A stretch of DNA of 64,000 bases from an uncultured Thermoleophilia bacterium (GCA_963715985.1 CAVQSP010000021.1:70864-134863); one strand, 5' to 3'; positions 43,645 to 52,696 are shown, numbered from the stretch's first letter. The notes: generated from the sequence alone by a model not told the origin. Made by a program: numbers and translations.

Positions 43645-44242
43645 TTCCTCCTGCGCCGCCGGTCGGTGTCCCCCTGCAGCCTGTGGCCAACCAGGAGACG
43701 AGCCACGAAGAGGTCCAGTGGAACCTTCTGGAGATGGGCGCGTCCTTGGGTCTGGACGTCTGGGTGGCGCGCAACGACCGCAACAGGTCCTTCGGCGGCC
43801 ACGCGTTCCAGGATGCTCCGCGCCTGAGAGAAGCGCTTCCTCGGCAGTTCGAGCCCCAAGTCATGTCCCTCATCGAGCACATCGACGTGCTCTGGCTGCG
43901 GGGGAATCGCGTGGAGGCGGCGTTCGAGGTCGAGCACACCACCGCGGTCTACTCCGGCCTGCTCCGCATGTCGGACCTCATCACGCTGCACCCGAACCTG
44001 ATGATCCGCCTGTACATCGTCGCGCCCGACGCCCGGAAGTCGAAGGTCATGAACGAGCTGGTGCGCCCGACCTCGATGCGCTCGAGCCTCCGCTGCGCAC
44101 GGTCTGCGGGTTCATCCCGTACTCGCGGCTGTTCGCCGAAGCCGAGACCGTGCGCCGGTACGGTGACCAGCTGAAGCCGGGGTTCCTCAGCGGCATCGCG
44201 GAGTACGCGCCGGACCTGGATGAGGGGTATCTGTCGGCCTGA
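43645..44242 (+). pseudogene. C-terminal half of a PD-(D/E)XK nuclease (copy 2)
   Basis: IEHIDVLWLRGNRVEAAFEVEHTTAVYSGLLRMSDL; near-identical to 41278-41761. Confidence 0.72.
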
Positions 44243-44311
44243 GGTCGCTTCTCGGCTTCTCTGACCGCGCTGGTCGCCGGTCGTGTCTCTCTATCCCCAA
44301 GATCCTCGTGC

Positions 44312-44347
44312 CATCGTCCACGCGCCCCACCGATCGTCACTCTTGAA
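44312..44347 (+). other. bipartite inter-cassette motif, copy 2
   Basis: CATCGTCCAC-gcgccccaccg-ATCGTCACTCTTGAA. Confidence 0.75.
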
Positions 44348-44468
44348 GGCCGCCTGCTTCGGCGCGGAGTCGGAACATGGACATTCTCGGCATCCAGACC
44401 AGTCTGCCCTCGCCTCCTCAGCCGCGCGGGGCCGAGCGCAGTGTCACCCTCCGGCCGGCGGCCCGCGC

Positions 44469-44552
44469 TTGCACGTGTGCCGGCAAGCGGTACATTGTCG
44501 TCAATCCTCCCCGCCGATTTGAGTCATTCCGAACCGGCGGGGCTTCTTCTCT
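44469..44552 (+). ncRNA. promoter plus putative leader ncRNA/terminator of the NYN gene
   Basis: TTGCAC-16-TACATT; GTCAATCCT-CCCCGCCG...GAGTCAT...CGGCGGGG-CTTCTTCT; homologous to 42497-42580. Confidence 0.6.
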
Positions 44553-44572
44553 AAGATCCCAGCATCCTGATC

Positions 44573-45190
44573 GTGAGCGAAGCAGGATCGCAGCGGGTCG
44601 TCGTCTTCCTCGACCACCAGAACGCGTACCATCGCGCCCGTGACGCATTCTGTGCTCCTGCTGCACCCGCGAGGGACAGTAGGTCGATCCTTGGCGCTCG
44701 GCCAGCTTCTCTGCGCCCGCGTCCCTGGGCGCCGACTTGCGGCGTGCGCGGACCTGGGCATCCCAGCCAGCGTCGCGACGCACGATCCTCCGCCGCGTAT
44801 GTCCGCCAGACCGACAGGCAGCTGGGGCGTGGCGGGGGACTCCTCACTCTGGTCGCGCGTGATCTGCGGTATCCACCGGACTGGCCGCAGCGGCCGGCCC
44901 AAGAGAAGGGCATCGATGTCGCTCTCGCGGTCGACCTCGTGATGACGGTCGCGCGACGAGTGCGACGTCGCCATCGTGTTCTCCAGCGACACCGACCTGC
45001 TGCCGGCGCTCGAGGCATGCTCGCCCTCCGGCCGGGCGAGCCGCCGGCCTGTGAGGTCGCTGCGTGGGCGCCGGCAGCGGGGCGGCCTCGCTCGCTGGCG
45101 GTTCGCAATGTGAGGCTCCGGCGCCATCTCCTCAGCGGGGCCGATTTCCGGGCCGTGGCCGATCCCGTGGACTACACGCAAGGTCGGTGA
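44573..45190 (+). CDS. NYN domain protein; frameshifted
   Basis: VFLDHQNAY, QEKGIDVALAVD, FSSDTDLLPA, DPVDY; paralog of 42590-43216. Confidence 0.8.
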   Translation: MSEAGSQRVVVFLDHQNAYHRARDAFCAPAAPARDSRSILGARPASLRPRPWAPTCGVRGPGHPSQRRDARSSAAYVRQTDRQLGRGGGLLTLVARDLRYPPDWPQRPAQEKGIDVALAVDLVMTVARRVRRRHRVLQRHRPAAGARGMLALRPGEPPACEVAAWAPAAGRPRSLAVRNVRLRRHLLSGADFRAVADPVDYTQGR

Positions 45191-45194
45191 TGCT

Positions 45195-45400
45195 GCCGTC
45201 GCCTATCCCACGAACGGTCAAGCTCCGGCGGTTCCTCGTCGGGTCATTGAGGGCAACGCGTCCGCTTCGACCGCCCCCCCGGCATGATCGGCCGATACTT
45301 CAAGGACCCCCCCGCAGGTGACGGCGTTCTTCGGGACGGGCGTGCGCCTGTTGGCAGCGATTCCAGGGGTCGGTTTCACACCGGCAGTGACACGGATTGG
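45195..45400 (+). pseudogene. GIY-YIG-like gene C-terminal fragment (copy D)
   Basis: GMIGRYFKD, VTAFFGTGVRL..AIPG. Confidence 0.5.
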
Positions 45401-45421
45401 CCCCGACCTCCTTGTCGGCGG

Positions 45422-45456
45422 CATCGTCCACACCACACCGCCTTCGTCATTCTGAG
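45422..45456 (+). other. bipartite inter-cassette motif, copy 3
   Basis: CATCGTCCAC-accacaccgcc-TTCGTCATTCTGAG. Confidence 0.65.
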
Positions 45457-45579
45457 GCTCCGAGCACCGGCTTCAGAGTTGGGCCGTACCCGTCGGTTCT
45501 ACGCGACGTTGCTGCGGATATTGCATTTGCTTCATTTAGCACTACCATGAGGTGAGGCTGTCTCGAGAGGGGGTGAGTG

Positions 45580-46050
45580 ATGGAGGCATCGCCTACAAGA
45601 CCAGCTATCGGTCCACCGGACGTGTGTTCTGCCCGGACGCCGGCGAGGCGCCCGCCTTCACGCTCCTCGATCGCAGCCTGCGCGCTGCGAACGAGGCCGC
45701 CGGGCGGCCGGTAGAGCTCGCGTTCGCGTCCGGGCAGAGCGTCGTGTGCCGGACAGCGTCGCCAAGGTCCTCGCGATCGTCGTCCGGGAGATGGCCGCCG
45801 GCAACGGTGTCGCGGTCGTCCCCGTGCAGCACGAGCTCACCACCCACCAGGCCGCCGCTCTGTTGCACGTCTCACGCCCGCATCTCATCCGCATGCTCGA
45901 CGAGGGCCGCCTGCCGTACCGACGCGTAGGTACCATCGCCGCGTCCGGCTCGACGACGTGCTGGCTCACCGCGCCCGAGGAGAAGCGGAACGCGAGGTCT
46001 TGCTCACGCGCCTCGCTCAGGACTCCCAGGCTCTCGGGCTGGAGTTCTGA
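45580..46050 (+). CDS. excisionase-like HTH antitoxin; frameshifted
   Basis: ELTTHQAAALLHVSRPHLIRMLDEGRLPYRRVGT; directly upstream of a PIN gene. Confidence 0.8.
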
Positions 46051-46053
46051 GCC

Positions 46054-46596
46054 TTGCCGACCGCGCTGCTCGACGCCTGCGTGCTCTACCCGATGGGCCT
46101 GCGCAACACGCTCCTCAGCGTCGCGCAGGCCCAGGCCTACCGCCCTCTCTGGTCCGCGCAGATCCTCGCCGAGGTGCGCAATGCCCTCGTGCGGTCTGCG
46201 CTGGGCGTGCAGCCCGCTCGCGCGGATCGTCTGCTCGCCACGATGCGCGCAGCATTCCCTGAGGCGATGGTGACCGGCCACCTGCACATGGTGCCCGAGA
46301 TGGGCAACGAGCCGGCCGATCGGCACGTCCTCGCGGCGGCCGTCGCCGGGAGAGCGAACGGCATCGTGACCTTCAACCTGAGGCACTTCCCCAGCAGTGT
46401 CTGTGCGCCGTTCGGCGTCGAGGCCCGCTCGCCTGACGACTTCCTCACTGCTCTGCTCGGGGAGAGCGCCGATCGCGTGCTCGAGGGACTGCAAAGGCAG
46501 GTCGCGCGCTACGACGCGCCGCCCATGACGAGGTTGAGCTCGTGTCACGGCACGAAGCACGCCTTCCTGAGTTCGTCTCGGCTGTCCGGGCCCTGA
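46054..46596 (+). CDS. PIN domain protein (VapC50-like)
   Basis: ALLDACVLYP, WSAQILAEV, DRHVLAAAV, IVTFNLRHFP, PDDFL. Confidence 0.88.
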   Translation: MPTALLDACVLYPMGLRNTLLSVAQAQAYRPLWSAQILAEVRNALVRSALGVQPARADRLLATMRAAFPEAMVTGHLHMVPEMGNEPADRHVLAAAVAGRANGIVTFNLRHFPSSVCAPFGVEARSPDDFLTALLGESADRVLEGLQRQVARYDAPPMTRLSSCHGTKHAFLSSSRLSGP

Positions 46597-46768
46597 TGGG
46601 CTGAGCCGGGACTCCGAGACGCCGGCAAGCCGTGTCCGCCGTGGCCATCCGTGCCACTCAGCCCGCCATTCGGCTGTGCTGAGGGAGTGCGCGCGCGATC
46701 GCCGGGTGCATGCGCGAGAGGATGTCCGCGACCTCGGTGCCCCGAGCCCGCGACCCCGGGAGGTCCCC

Positions 46769-47286
46769 ATGGGCGAGCTCCTCGCCGTCACCTGCGACTC
46801 CTGCGGCGCGCCGATGGTGCCCAACGTGAGCACCATGGACGAGCACGGCTGCGGCTGGATCTGCCTTGATCCCGACTGCCCGGAGCTGGCCGCCGAGGAG
46901 CTGGAGGCCGAGGACCTGGTGGAGGCGGGCGTGCCGACAGAGCTCGCCCGCCGTCTCACGAAGCTCATCCTTCGCCGAGCGGACGAGGCGGACGCGCCCG
47001 CGAGTGCGCGCGAGCGGCGCAGGCCGATCTCGCGCGTCTTCGCCAGCATCTTCTCGAGGCGCAGCGGCTCGCGAGCGAGGCGGCAACCCTCGCCGACCGT
47101 CTCGCCGGCTGCCTCCGCGTCTCCTTCACGAGCGACGACTTCGCCGCCGGACAGCAGGCCAGGGCGGACCTCGCCGTCGCCTCCGCCCTCAGCCGGCTGG
47201 CCGCGCGCACCGCCGCCGAGGCCTGCGCGTCCGTCGCCGGCGTCAGTCCGGACCTGCCGGGGTTGCTCGCCACGAGGGACTCGTGA
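46769..47286 (+). CDS. Cys-rich (Zn-ribbon) coiled-coil hypothetical protein, copy 2; frameshifted
   Basis: GGAGG RBS, MGELLAVTCDSCGAPMVPNVSTMDEHGCGWICLDPDC; duplicate of 38967-39484. Confidence 0.55.
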
Positions 47287-47331
47287 CCGCGTTCTCTCGT
47301 CGTCCACGGGGTTGACGTTCCAGCCGTACCG

Positions 47332-47432
47332 TTGACCCCGCCGGAGTCGGGCTGCATAGTGGGTGGGTCACCCCCGCGAGCAGGACTCGCGGCCCCCCCG
47401 GGGTCGCGACCCCGGGGGTTTCTTCGTTTCTG
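47332..47432 (+). ncRNA. promoter plus putative leader ncRNA/terminator of the NYN gene
   Basis: TTGACC-17-CATAGT; GGGTCAC, hairpin CCGCGAG-CAGGA-CTCGCGG, hairpin CCCCCGGGGTC-GC-GACCCCGGGGG, TTTCTTCGTTT. Confidence 0.6.
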
Positions 47433-47440
47433 GGGCCAAT

Positions 47441-48073
47441 GTGAACCGCGTGGTTTACCTCGTCGACGGCTTCAATCTGTACCACTCTCTGCGCGACGTG
47501 GAGAGAGACCACGGTCGGGCGCTGCGCCGGCTCGACCTCGGTGCGCTTTGCGGTGCCCTGGCGCACGCCGTGCCGGGAAGGTGCGAGGTCTCGGGCATCG
47601 TGTACTTCAGTGCCCTGGCTCGCCACATGGAGGCGTCGCGGCCGGGCACAGTCGCCCGACACCTGCGCTATCTCGATGCCCTGCAGGCCACCGGGGTGGA
47701 GACCGTCCTCGGCCATTTCAAGCGTCGGCAGGTGCGGTGCCCCTACTGTGGGAGGGTCCGCGACCGCTGGGAAGAGAAGCAGACCGACGTCGGTATCGCC
47801 GTGCGACTCGTGAGGCTGGTCGCGACGGGCGCGTGCGAGCGGGTCTTGGTGATGTCGGGAGACACCGATCTCGTGCCCGCCATCAGCGAGGCTCGTTCGT
47901 CGTGGCCGGCGAGCAGAGGCGTCGCCTTCCCGGCGCGAAGGGCGAACGCGCAGCTGCGTGCCGTCGCGGACTGGACCATCAACCTCGACGCGGGCTCGTA
48001 CCTGAGGCATCAGCTTCCGGCGGTCGTGCTGGGCCGGGACGGCGCGGAGATACGGCGACCCGTCGACTGGTGA
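47441..48073 (+). CDS. NYN domain protein
   Basis: YLVDGFNLYHS, VYFSALA, CPYCG, EEKQTDVGIA, MSGDTDLVPA, RPVDW. Confidence 0.9.
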   Translation: MNRVVYLVDGFNLYHSLRDVERDHGRALRRLDLGALCGALAHAVPGRCEVSGIVYFSALARHMEASRPGTVARHLRYLDALQATGVETVLGHFKRRQVRCPYCGRVRDRWEEKQTDVGIAVRLVRLVATGACERVLVMSGDTDLVPAISEARSSWPASRGVAFPARRANAQLRAVADWTINLDAGSYLRHQLPAVVLGRDGAEIRRPVDW

Positions 48074-48150
48074 TCCCGTCTGGGGTCGCGCCAGCTGGTT
48101 TGCGAGCTCCTCGCCGGCTCCCTCTGCGTCGACTTCACGGTCGGCGACGC

Positions 48151-48185
48151 TATCGTCCACGCCACGTCGCCATCGTCACTCTGTG
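48151..48185 (+). other. bipartite inter-cassette motif, copy 4
   Basis: TATCGTCCAC-gccacgtcgcc-ATCGTCACTCTGTG. Confidence 0.7.
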
Positions 48186-48307
48186 TGGAGGTCGTGTGGA
48201 GGCGCATGCTCCTCGCATGACCGCTTCCTCCGCCATCAGCAACGGCGCCGCGAACGAGCACACCACGTTTGGCAAACGCCCCTTCATCGACTATGATTAG
48301 TAGTCAA

Positions 48308-48924
48308 ATGACGACGTATCGTAGTCAGAATGGTCTGGCCGCCCTGTTTGCCTCGGCGACACTCGGTGACCTCCTCAGGCTGTTCATGCTCGACCCTCAG
48401 CGGGAGTTCTACCAGCGCGAGCTGCAGCGGCTCACCGGCGCTCACCTGCGGCAGCTGCAGCGTGACCTCCTGCGACTGCGGCAGGCGGGGTTGGTGACCC
48501 GGCGCGCTCACCGGCAACCGCACCTACTATCGGGCCGTCGTCGAGCATCCGGCGTTCGCGGAGTTATCCGGGCCGCCGTCATGAAGACGCTGGGCCTTGG
48601 CGACGTGCTGCGCGAGGCCCTGCAAGAAGCCCCTCGGCGACGCGGTCTCGGTCGCGTTCGTCTATGGCTCGTTCGCGCGCGGCGACGATGTCGCCGGGAG
48701 CGACATGGACCTCTTCGTCGTCGGGTCGGCGTCGCGGCGCGAGGTCGCGGGCGCATTCGCTTCGTCCGCCGCCGCGCTGGGGCGGGAGCTCGACCCGATC
48801 ATCCTTACACCGGCCGACTTGACGACGCGGTGGCGGGCCGGCAGACCACTTCGTCGTGTCGGTGCTTGACGGCCCTCGGATATGGCCCGTTGGTGACGAA
48901 GACGCGCTTGCAGAGCTGGCTTGA
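48308..48924 (+). CDS. HTH + minimal nucleotidyltransferase (MNT) antitoxin; frameshifted
   Basis: FYQRELQRLTG HTH; AFVYGSFARG...SDMDLFVVG. Confidence 0.8.
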
Positions 48925-49349
48925 GGCCGGAGCGCTGCGCCGCCATCGCACCTCGCGGGCCGAGGTGGTGGACGTTCTTGCAGTCTGGCGGACCGGGACA
49001 TCGCCGACGCCCAGGTGACCAGCTCTCGCTGGACCGCCGCTTCGCCACGGCCTACGGAGCTTCGCTTCAGCTGGCGACCATCGTCCTCTCAACGTCCGGC
49101 TTTCGGGTCGTCGCGCGACGCGGCCACCTCGCCGTGACCTGGCAGGCCGTGCCTGAGCTCATGGGCGCAGAGGTCAGCGACACCGCCGTCTACTTCGAGT
49201 CCTGCCGGGCGCTTCGCAACCGCAGCGACTACGACCGGGCCGGCGTGGTCTCGGCGACCGACGTCGAGGAGGTCATCCGCGAGGCGCAAGCCTTTCGGAC
49301 GCTCGTTCTCGACTGGCTTGTCAGCGAGCATCGGGGCCTCGTGCCTTGA
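48893..49349 (+). CDS. HEPN-domain toxin; frameshifted
   Basis: RFATAY, GFRV...GHLAV, CRALRNRSDYD; overlaps the MNT gene end. Confidence 0.7.
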
Positions 49350-49539
49350 TCGTTTCGACCGCGAGCCGACCACCTCCGTTCACGACGGCGCCCGTGCGGC
49401 TGGCGACGAGCGGGGGTCGTACCTTCGAGTGCGCCAGGCACGCTCCACCGACCCTGTCCCCTGGCCCGCGGAGGTCCTGAGCTGTCGAGGTGCGCACTGC
49501 CGATGACTGGCGAGAGCGCCTCGGTCACGCCTGCGTCGG

Positions 49540-49575
49540 CATCGTCCACCTGGAGACGCGATCGTCATCCTTGAG
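49540..49575 (+). other. bipartite inter-cassette motif, copy 5
   Basis: CATCGTCCAC-ctggagacgcg-ATCGTCATCCTTGAG. Confidence 0.7.
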
Positions 49576-49626
49576 TCTCCCGCACATGGGTCTGACACTG
49601 CGGAGCATGGAGCTCAAAGTACATGC

Positions 49627-49655
49627 TTGCACGGATACCGTGAATCCATTACTAT
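49627..49655 (+). promoter_or_regulatory. higBA promoter with operator palindrome
   Basis: TTGCAC-17-TACTAT; CACGG-ata-CCGTG inverted repeat. Confidence 0.6.
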
Positions 49656-49662
49656 CCTTGCG

Positions 49663-49953
49663 ATGATCGAGTCGTTCGGCGACCGAGCGACGGAGGACCT
49701 GTTCCACGGAAGGCGGTCGGCGCGTGCCTGGCGTTACCCTCCGGGGGTGTCTGAGGCGGCGGTGACGAAGATGGACCTGCTGAACGCCGCGGCGGCTCTC
49801 CAGGATCTGCGGTCACCGCCGGGCAATCGACTGAAGGCGCTGAGAGGCGCGTTGCAGGGCTGCTACTCAATCCGCGTCAACGACCGGTGGCGTCTCGTGT
49901 TCCGCTGGAGCGACGGCGACGCGTACGGCGTGCGTCTGACCGACTACCACTAG
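49663..49953 (+). CDS. higB: HigB (RelE/ParE-like) toxin
   Basis: MIESFGDRATEDLF, DLRSPPGNRLKALRG, YSIRVNDRWRLVFRW, DYH. Confidence 0.92.
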   Translation: MIESFGDRATEDLFHGRRSARAWRYPPGVSEAAVTKMDLLNAAAALQDLRSPPGNRLKALRGALQGCYSIRVNDRWRLVFRWSDGDAYGVRLTDYH

Positions 49954-49960
49954 GAGCGAC

Positions 49961-50251
49961 ATGCTGCTTCCCGAGAACCGCATCCCTACGCACCCCGGCA
50001 AGATCATCAGCCGGGAATACCTGGCGCCGCTCGGCGTCTCGCAGGTGGCACTGGCGGCGCATATCGGCGTACCCGTCCAGCGGGTCAACGAGCTCGTCCG
50101 CGGCAAACGCGGTGTGACGCCCGAGACGGCCTGGCTGCTCGCCCAGGCGTTCGAGACCACGCCCGACTTCTGGCTCAACCTGCAGGCCGCCTACGACCTC
50201 GCGCGCACCCGGCCTGAGCGTGCGATCCCGCCGCTCAAGTCCGCGAGCTGA
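49961..50251 (+). CDS. higA: HigA antitoxin
   Basis: PTHPGKII..EYL.PLGVSQ, RVNELVRGKRGVTPETA, FWLNLQ..YDL. Confidence 0.92.
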   Translation: MLLPENRIPTHPGKIISREYLAPLGVSQVALAAHIGVPVQRVNELVRGKRGVTPETAWLLAQAFETTPDFWLNLQAAYDLARTRPERAIPPLKSAS

Positions 50252-50272
50252 CGAGCCGGTACGCGGGTCCGC

Positions 50273-50468
50273 TCAGGCGCCGAGCGACTTGCGGATGTCC
50301 CTCATCAGCAGGACGAGGTGGAGAGGATGGGTGGGTGACGGCTCGAAGCCGTACCGCTCGTAGAGGCCCCGGGCCTCGGCGTCCTTGGCATGCACGAGGA
50401 CGGCGCGCACGCCGATGAGGGTGGCCGCCTCGGCGGAGCGGGCGAGCGCCTGCAGCAGCATCTGCTCG
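50273..50468 (-). pseudogene. GNAT toxin (TacT-like) C-terminal fragment
   Basis: IGVRAVLVHAKDAEARGLYERYGFEPSP. Confidence 0.7.
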
Positions 50469-50469
50469 T

Positions 50470-50645
50470 CGGCCGTGTCCCGGGCGGTCGTCTCGCGGGC
50501 GTGCGAGTCTATCGTGGGCGCCCCAGCCAACGCCGCGACGCGAGATCCTACGCCGCGCACGTGCGGCAGACCGACAGGCAGGTCGGGCGAGGCGGGGGGC
50601 TTCTGACTCTGATCGCGCGCGATCTGCGCTATCCGTCCGACCGCG
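50470..50645 (+). pseudogene. internal NYN gene fragment
   Basis: GVRVYRGRPSQRRDARSY...ARDLRYP matches 44730-44880. Confidence 0.7.
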
Positions 50646-50753
50646 TTTCGAAGTGTGCCGCTGCCCGGGCGCATGCTGCGTCCTGAGCGTCATGGTCCAC
50701 TGGCTGGTTTACATATAGGTGTATTCAGCACACCTTGGTGGTAGGCTGAACTC

Positions 50754-51025
50754 ATGGGACTCACCATCAAGAACGACGAGACGGAACGGCTCGCCGGCGA
50801 GGTCGCCGAGATGACCGGCGAGAGCAAGACCCAGGCCATCCGCCAGTCCCTGCGCGAGCGCCGTGACAGGCTCGCGCTGCGCGTCACGCCGGAGGCGCGG
50901 CGGCGCCATGTGCGGCGTTCCTGGAGCGGGAGGTATGGGCGGCGATCCCGGCCGACCAGCTCGGCAAGGCTCCCGACAAGGCCGAGCGCGAGCGGATCCT
51001 CGGCTACGGGCCCCACGGGGTGTAG
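50754..51025 (+). CDS. vapB: VapB antitoxin (Rv0623-like); frameshifted
   Basis: MGLTIKNDETERLA..VA..TGESKTQAIR.SLRER; ILGYGP end. Confidence 0.85.
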
Positions 51026-51030
51026 CGGCC

Positions 51031-51426
51031 GTGATCGTCGACGCATCCGCCCTGCTGTCGCTGATCTTCGCCGAGCCGACGGCGGGCCTCATCGAGCAAC
51101 GCCTCGAGGGCGCAGACGCGCTGGGCATCGGCGCGCCCACCCTCGCCGAGGTCTCGCTCGTGCTCGGCAGCCGGCTCGACCGCGATGCCATGCCGCTGCT
51201 GGGCAGGCTGCTGCAGGAGTTCGCCATCGTCGTTGTGCCGTTCTCAGAGCAGCACTGGGCGGAAGCCACCGACGCGTTCATGCGTTTCGGACGCGGACGG
51301 CACCCGGCAGCGCTCAACTACGGCGACTGCATGACCTATGCCGTGGCCAGCCTGTCCGACCAGCCGCTCCTGGCCATGGGGGACGACTTCCCGCAGACCG
51401 ACCTCGAGCTGGTGCCGCTGAGCTGA
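51031..51426 (+). CDS. vapC: VapC PIN toxin
   Basis: IVDASAL, FGRGRHPAALNYGDCMTYAVA, GDDFPQTD. Confidence 0.92.
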   Translation: MIVDASALLSLIFAEPTAGLIEQRLEGADALGIGAPTLAEVSLVLGSRLDRDAMPLLGRLLQEFAIVVVPFSEQHWAEATDAFMRFGRGRHPAALNYGDCMTYAVASLSDQPLLAMGDDFPQTDLELVPLS

Positions 51427-51459
51427 GGCGCGTCAGTCCGTCGCCGCCCCGCCCCGTCG

Positions 51460-51960
51460 TGGCCTACGCTGCCCATCGGGATGTCGCCGTTGACCTCGAC
51501 GAAGCGCAGACCCTCGTCGGTGAGAAAGGAGTCCCAGCGGAGGATCGACCAAGCCTCGTGGGCCCGCGGCTCAAGGCACAGGATCGCCGCCGCCCAGTCA
51601 TCGAACCGGCCCAGGTGCGACGCTGCGCAGAGCTCGCGGCCCTCGAGCACCGCGTCGTGGACCTTGCGCAGGGCGGAGGAGAGGTAGGTGACTGCGTGCT
51701 CCTCCGCCACCATCTCCGCGGCCGCCACCAGCCGTGGCCGGGCCACGGAGCAGAACGGCCGCTTGCCCAGCCACAGGCCCTGCTCGCGCTGCTGGTCGAC
51801 GAGGGAGTCCACAAACCCGTCCGGGTCGCTGCAGGCCGTGAAGCAGCTCGTTCCAGTACTGCGTCGCCTCGCGGCGCTCCACGGAGAAGCTGGTCGGTCT
51901 CATGGCGGGCGGGCGCTCCCTTCCCTCGCGGGGCCGTGCTCGTGAACCGTATCGGTACGG
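51460..51960 (-). pseudogene. N-terminal fragment of a circularly-permuted ATP-grasp/glutathionylspermidine-synthase-like protein
   Basis: GKRPFCSVARPRLV, LRWDSFLTDEGLRFVEVNGDIPMG; truncated. Confidence 0.45.
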
Positions 51961-52072
51961 AGGCGCGGAGGTCCTGTCGGTGCGGGCGCCGGTCGGCGCA
52001 GCGGTGACGCTGCCGACTGCTGACCGCAGCCACGCCCATGTGCGACAATGCCGGGTACTGGAGGTGAGGCTC

Positions 52073-52369
52073 GTGAAGCGTGACGAAGCTCTCAAGGTGC
52101 TGGCCGCACATCGAGAGGAGCTGCGCGCCATGGGCGTGGAGCGCCTCTCGTTGTTCGGCTCCGTGGCCCGCGACGAAGCCGTCGAGAGCAGCGACATTGA
52201 CATCCTGGTGGAGTTCGTCCCGGGTGCGCGCATCGGCATGTTCGAGTTCCTCGGGGTACAGGAGACGCTCGCATCCCTGCTAGGCGTCGAGGTCGACCTC
52301 GCCACCCCGGCCTCTCTTCACCCTCGCCTTCGCGACGCCATTCTTGGGGAAGCCGTCCTTGCCGCCTAG
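52073..52369 (+). CDS. MNT nucleotidyltransferase antitoxin
   Basis: LSLFGSVARDEA..SSDIDILVEF, LGVEVDLAT. Confidence 0.9.
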   Translation: MKRDEALKVLAAHREELRAMGVERLSLFGSVARDEAVESSDIDILVEFVPGARIGMFEFLGVQETLASLLGVEVDLATPASLHPRLRDAILGEAVLAA

Positions 52370-52696
52370 GGACTGGGACATCCGCATCCACGACATCATC
52401 GTGTCCGTGGAGAGGGTTCTTCACTACACAGCGGGGATGGACAGGGCGGCCTTCAAGGCCGATGAGCGCACCGTTGACGCGGTCGTGCGCAACCTCATCG
52501 TCATCGGTGAGGCGGCCGGGCACGTGCCGGACGACGTCGTGGTGGCCAACCCGCAGATCCCTGGCCGCGCATGCGAGGCATGCGCAACCTGGCGGTGCAC
52601 GAGTACTTCGGCGTGGACCTCGACGTGTTGTGGGACACGGTGACGGTGAATCTGCCCGCGCTGCTCCCCTCACTGCGGGAGCTTCTCGACGCGTGA
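52359..52696 (+). CDS. HEPN/DUF86 toxin; frameshifted
   Basis: DAVVRNLIVIGEAA, MRNLAVHEYFGVD (RxxxxH). Confidence 0.88.

Noticed and set aside
45580-46050. Excisionase as evidence of a prophage or ICE
   Set aside because: This HTH type paired with a downstream PIN gene is a TA antitoxin; no integrase or phage genes were seen
42339-49575. The motif as a VapC C-terminal remnant (AIVHAT...IVTL), CRISPR repeat or attC
   Set aside because: The half-sites are 20 nt apart (out of frame), copies are kilobases apart, and attC R-boxes are absent
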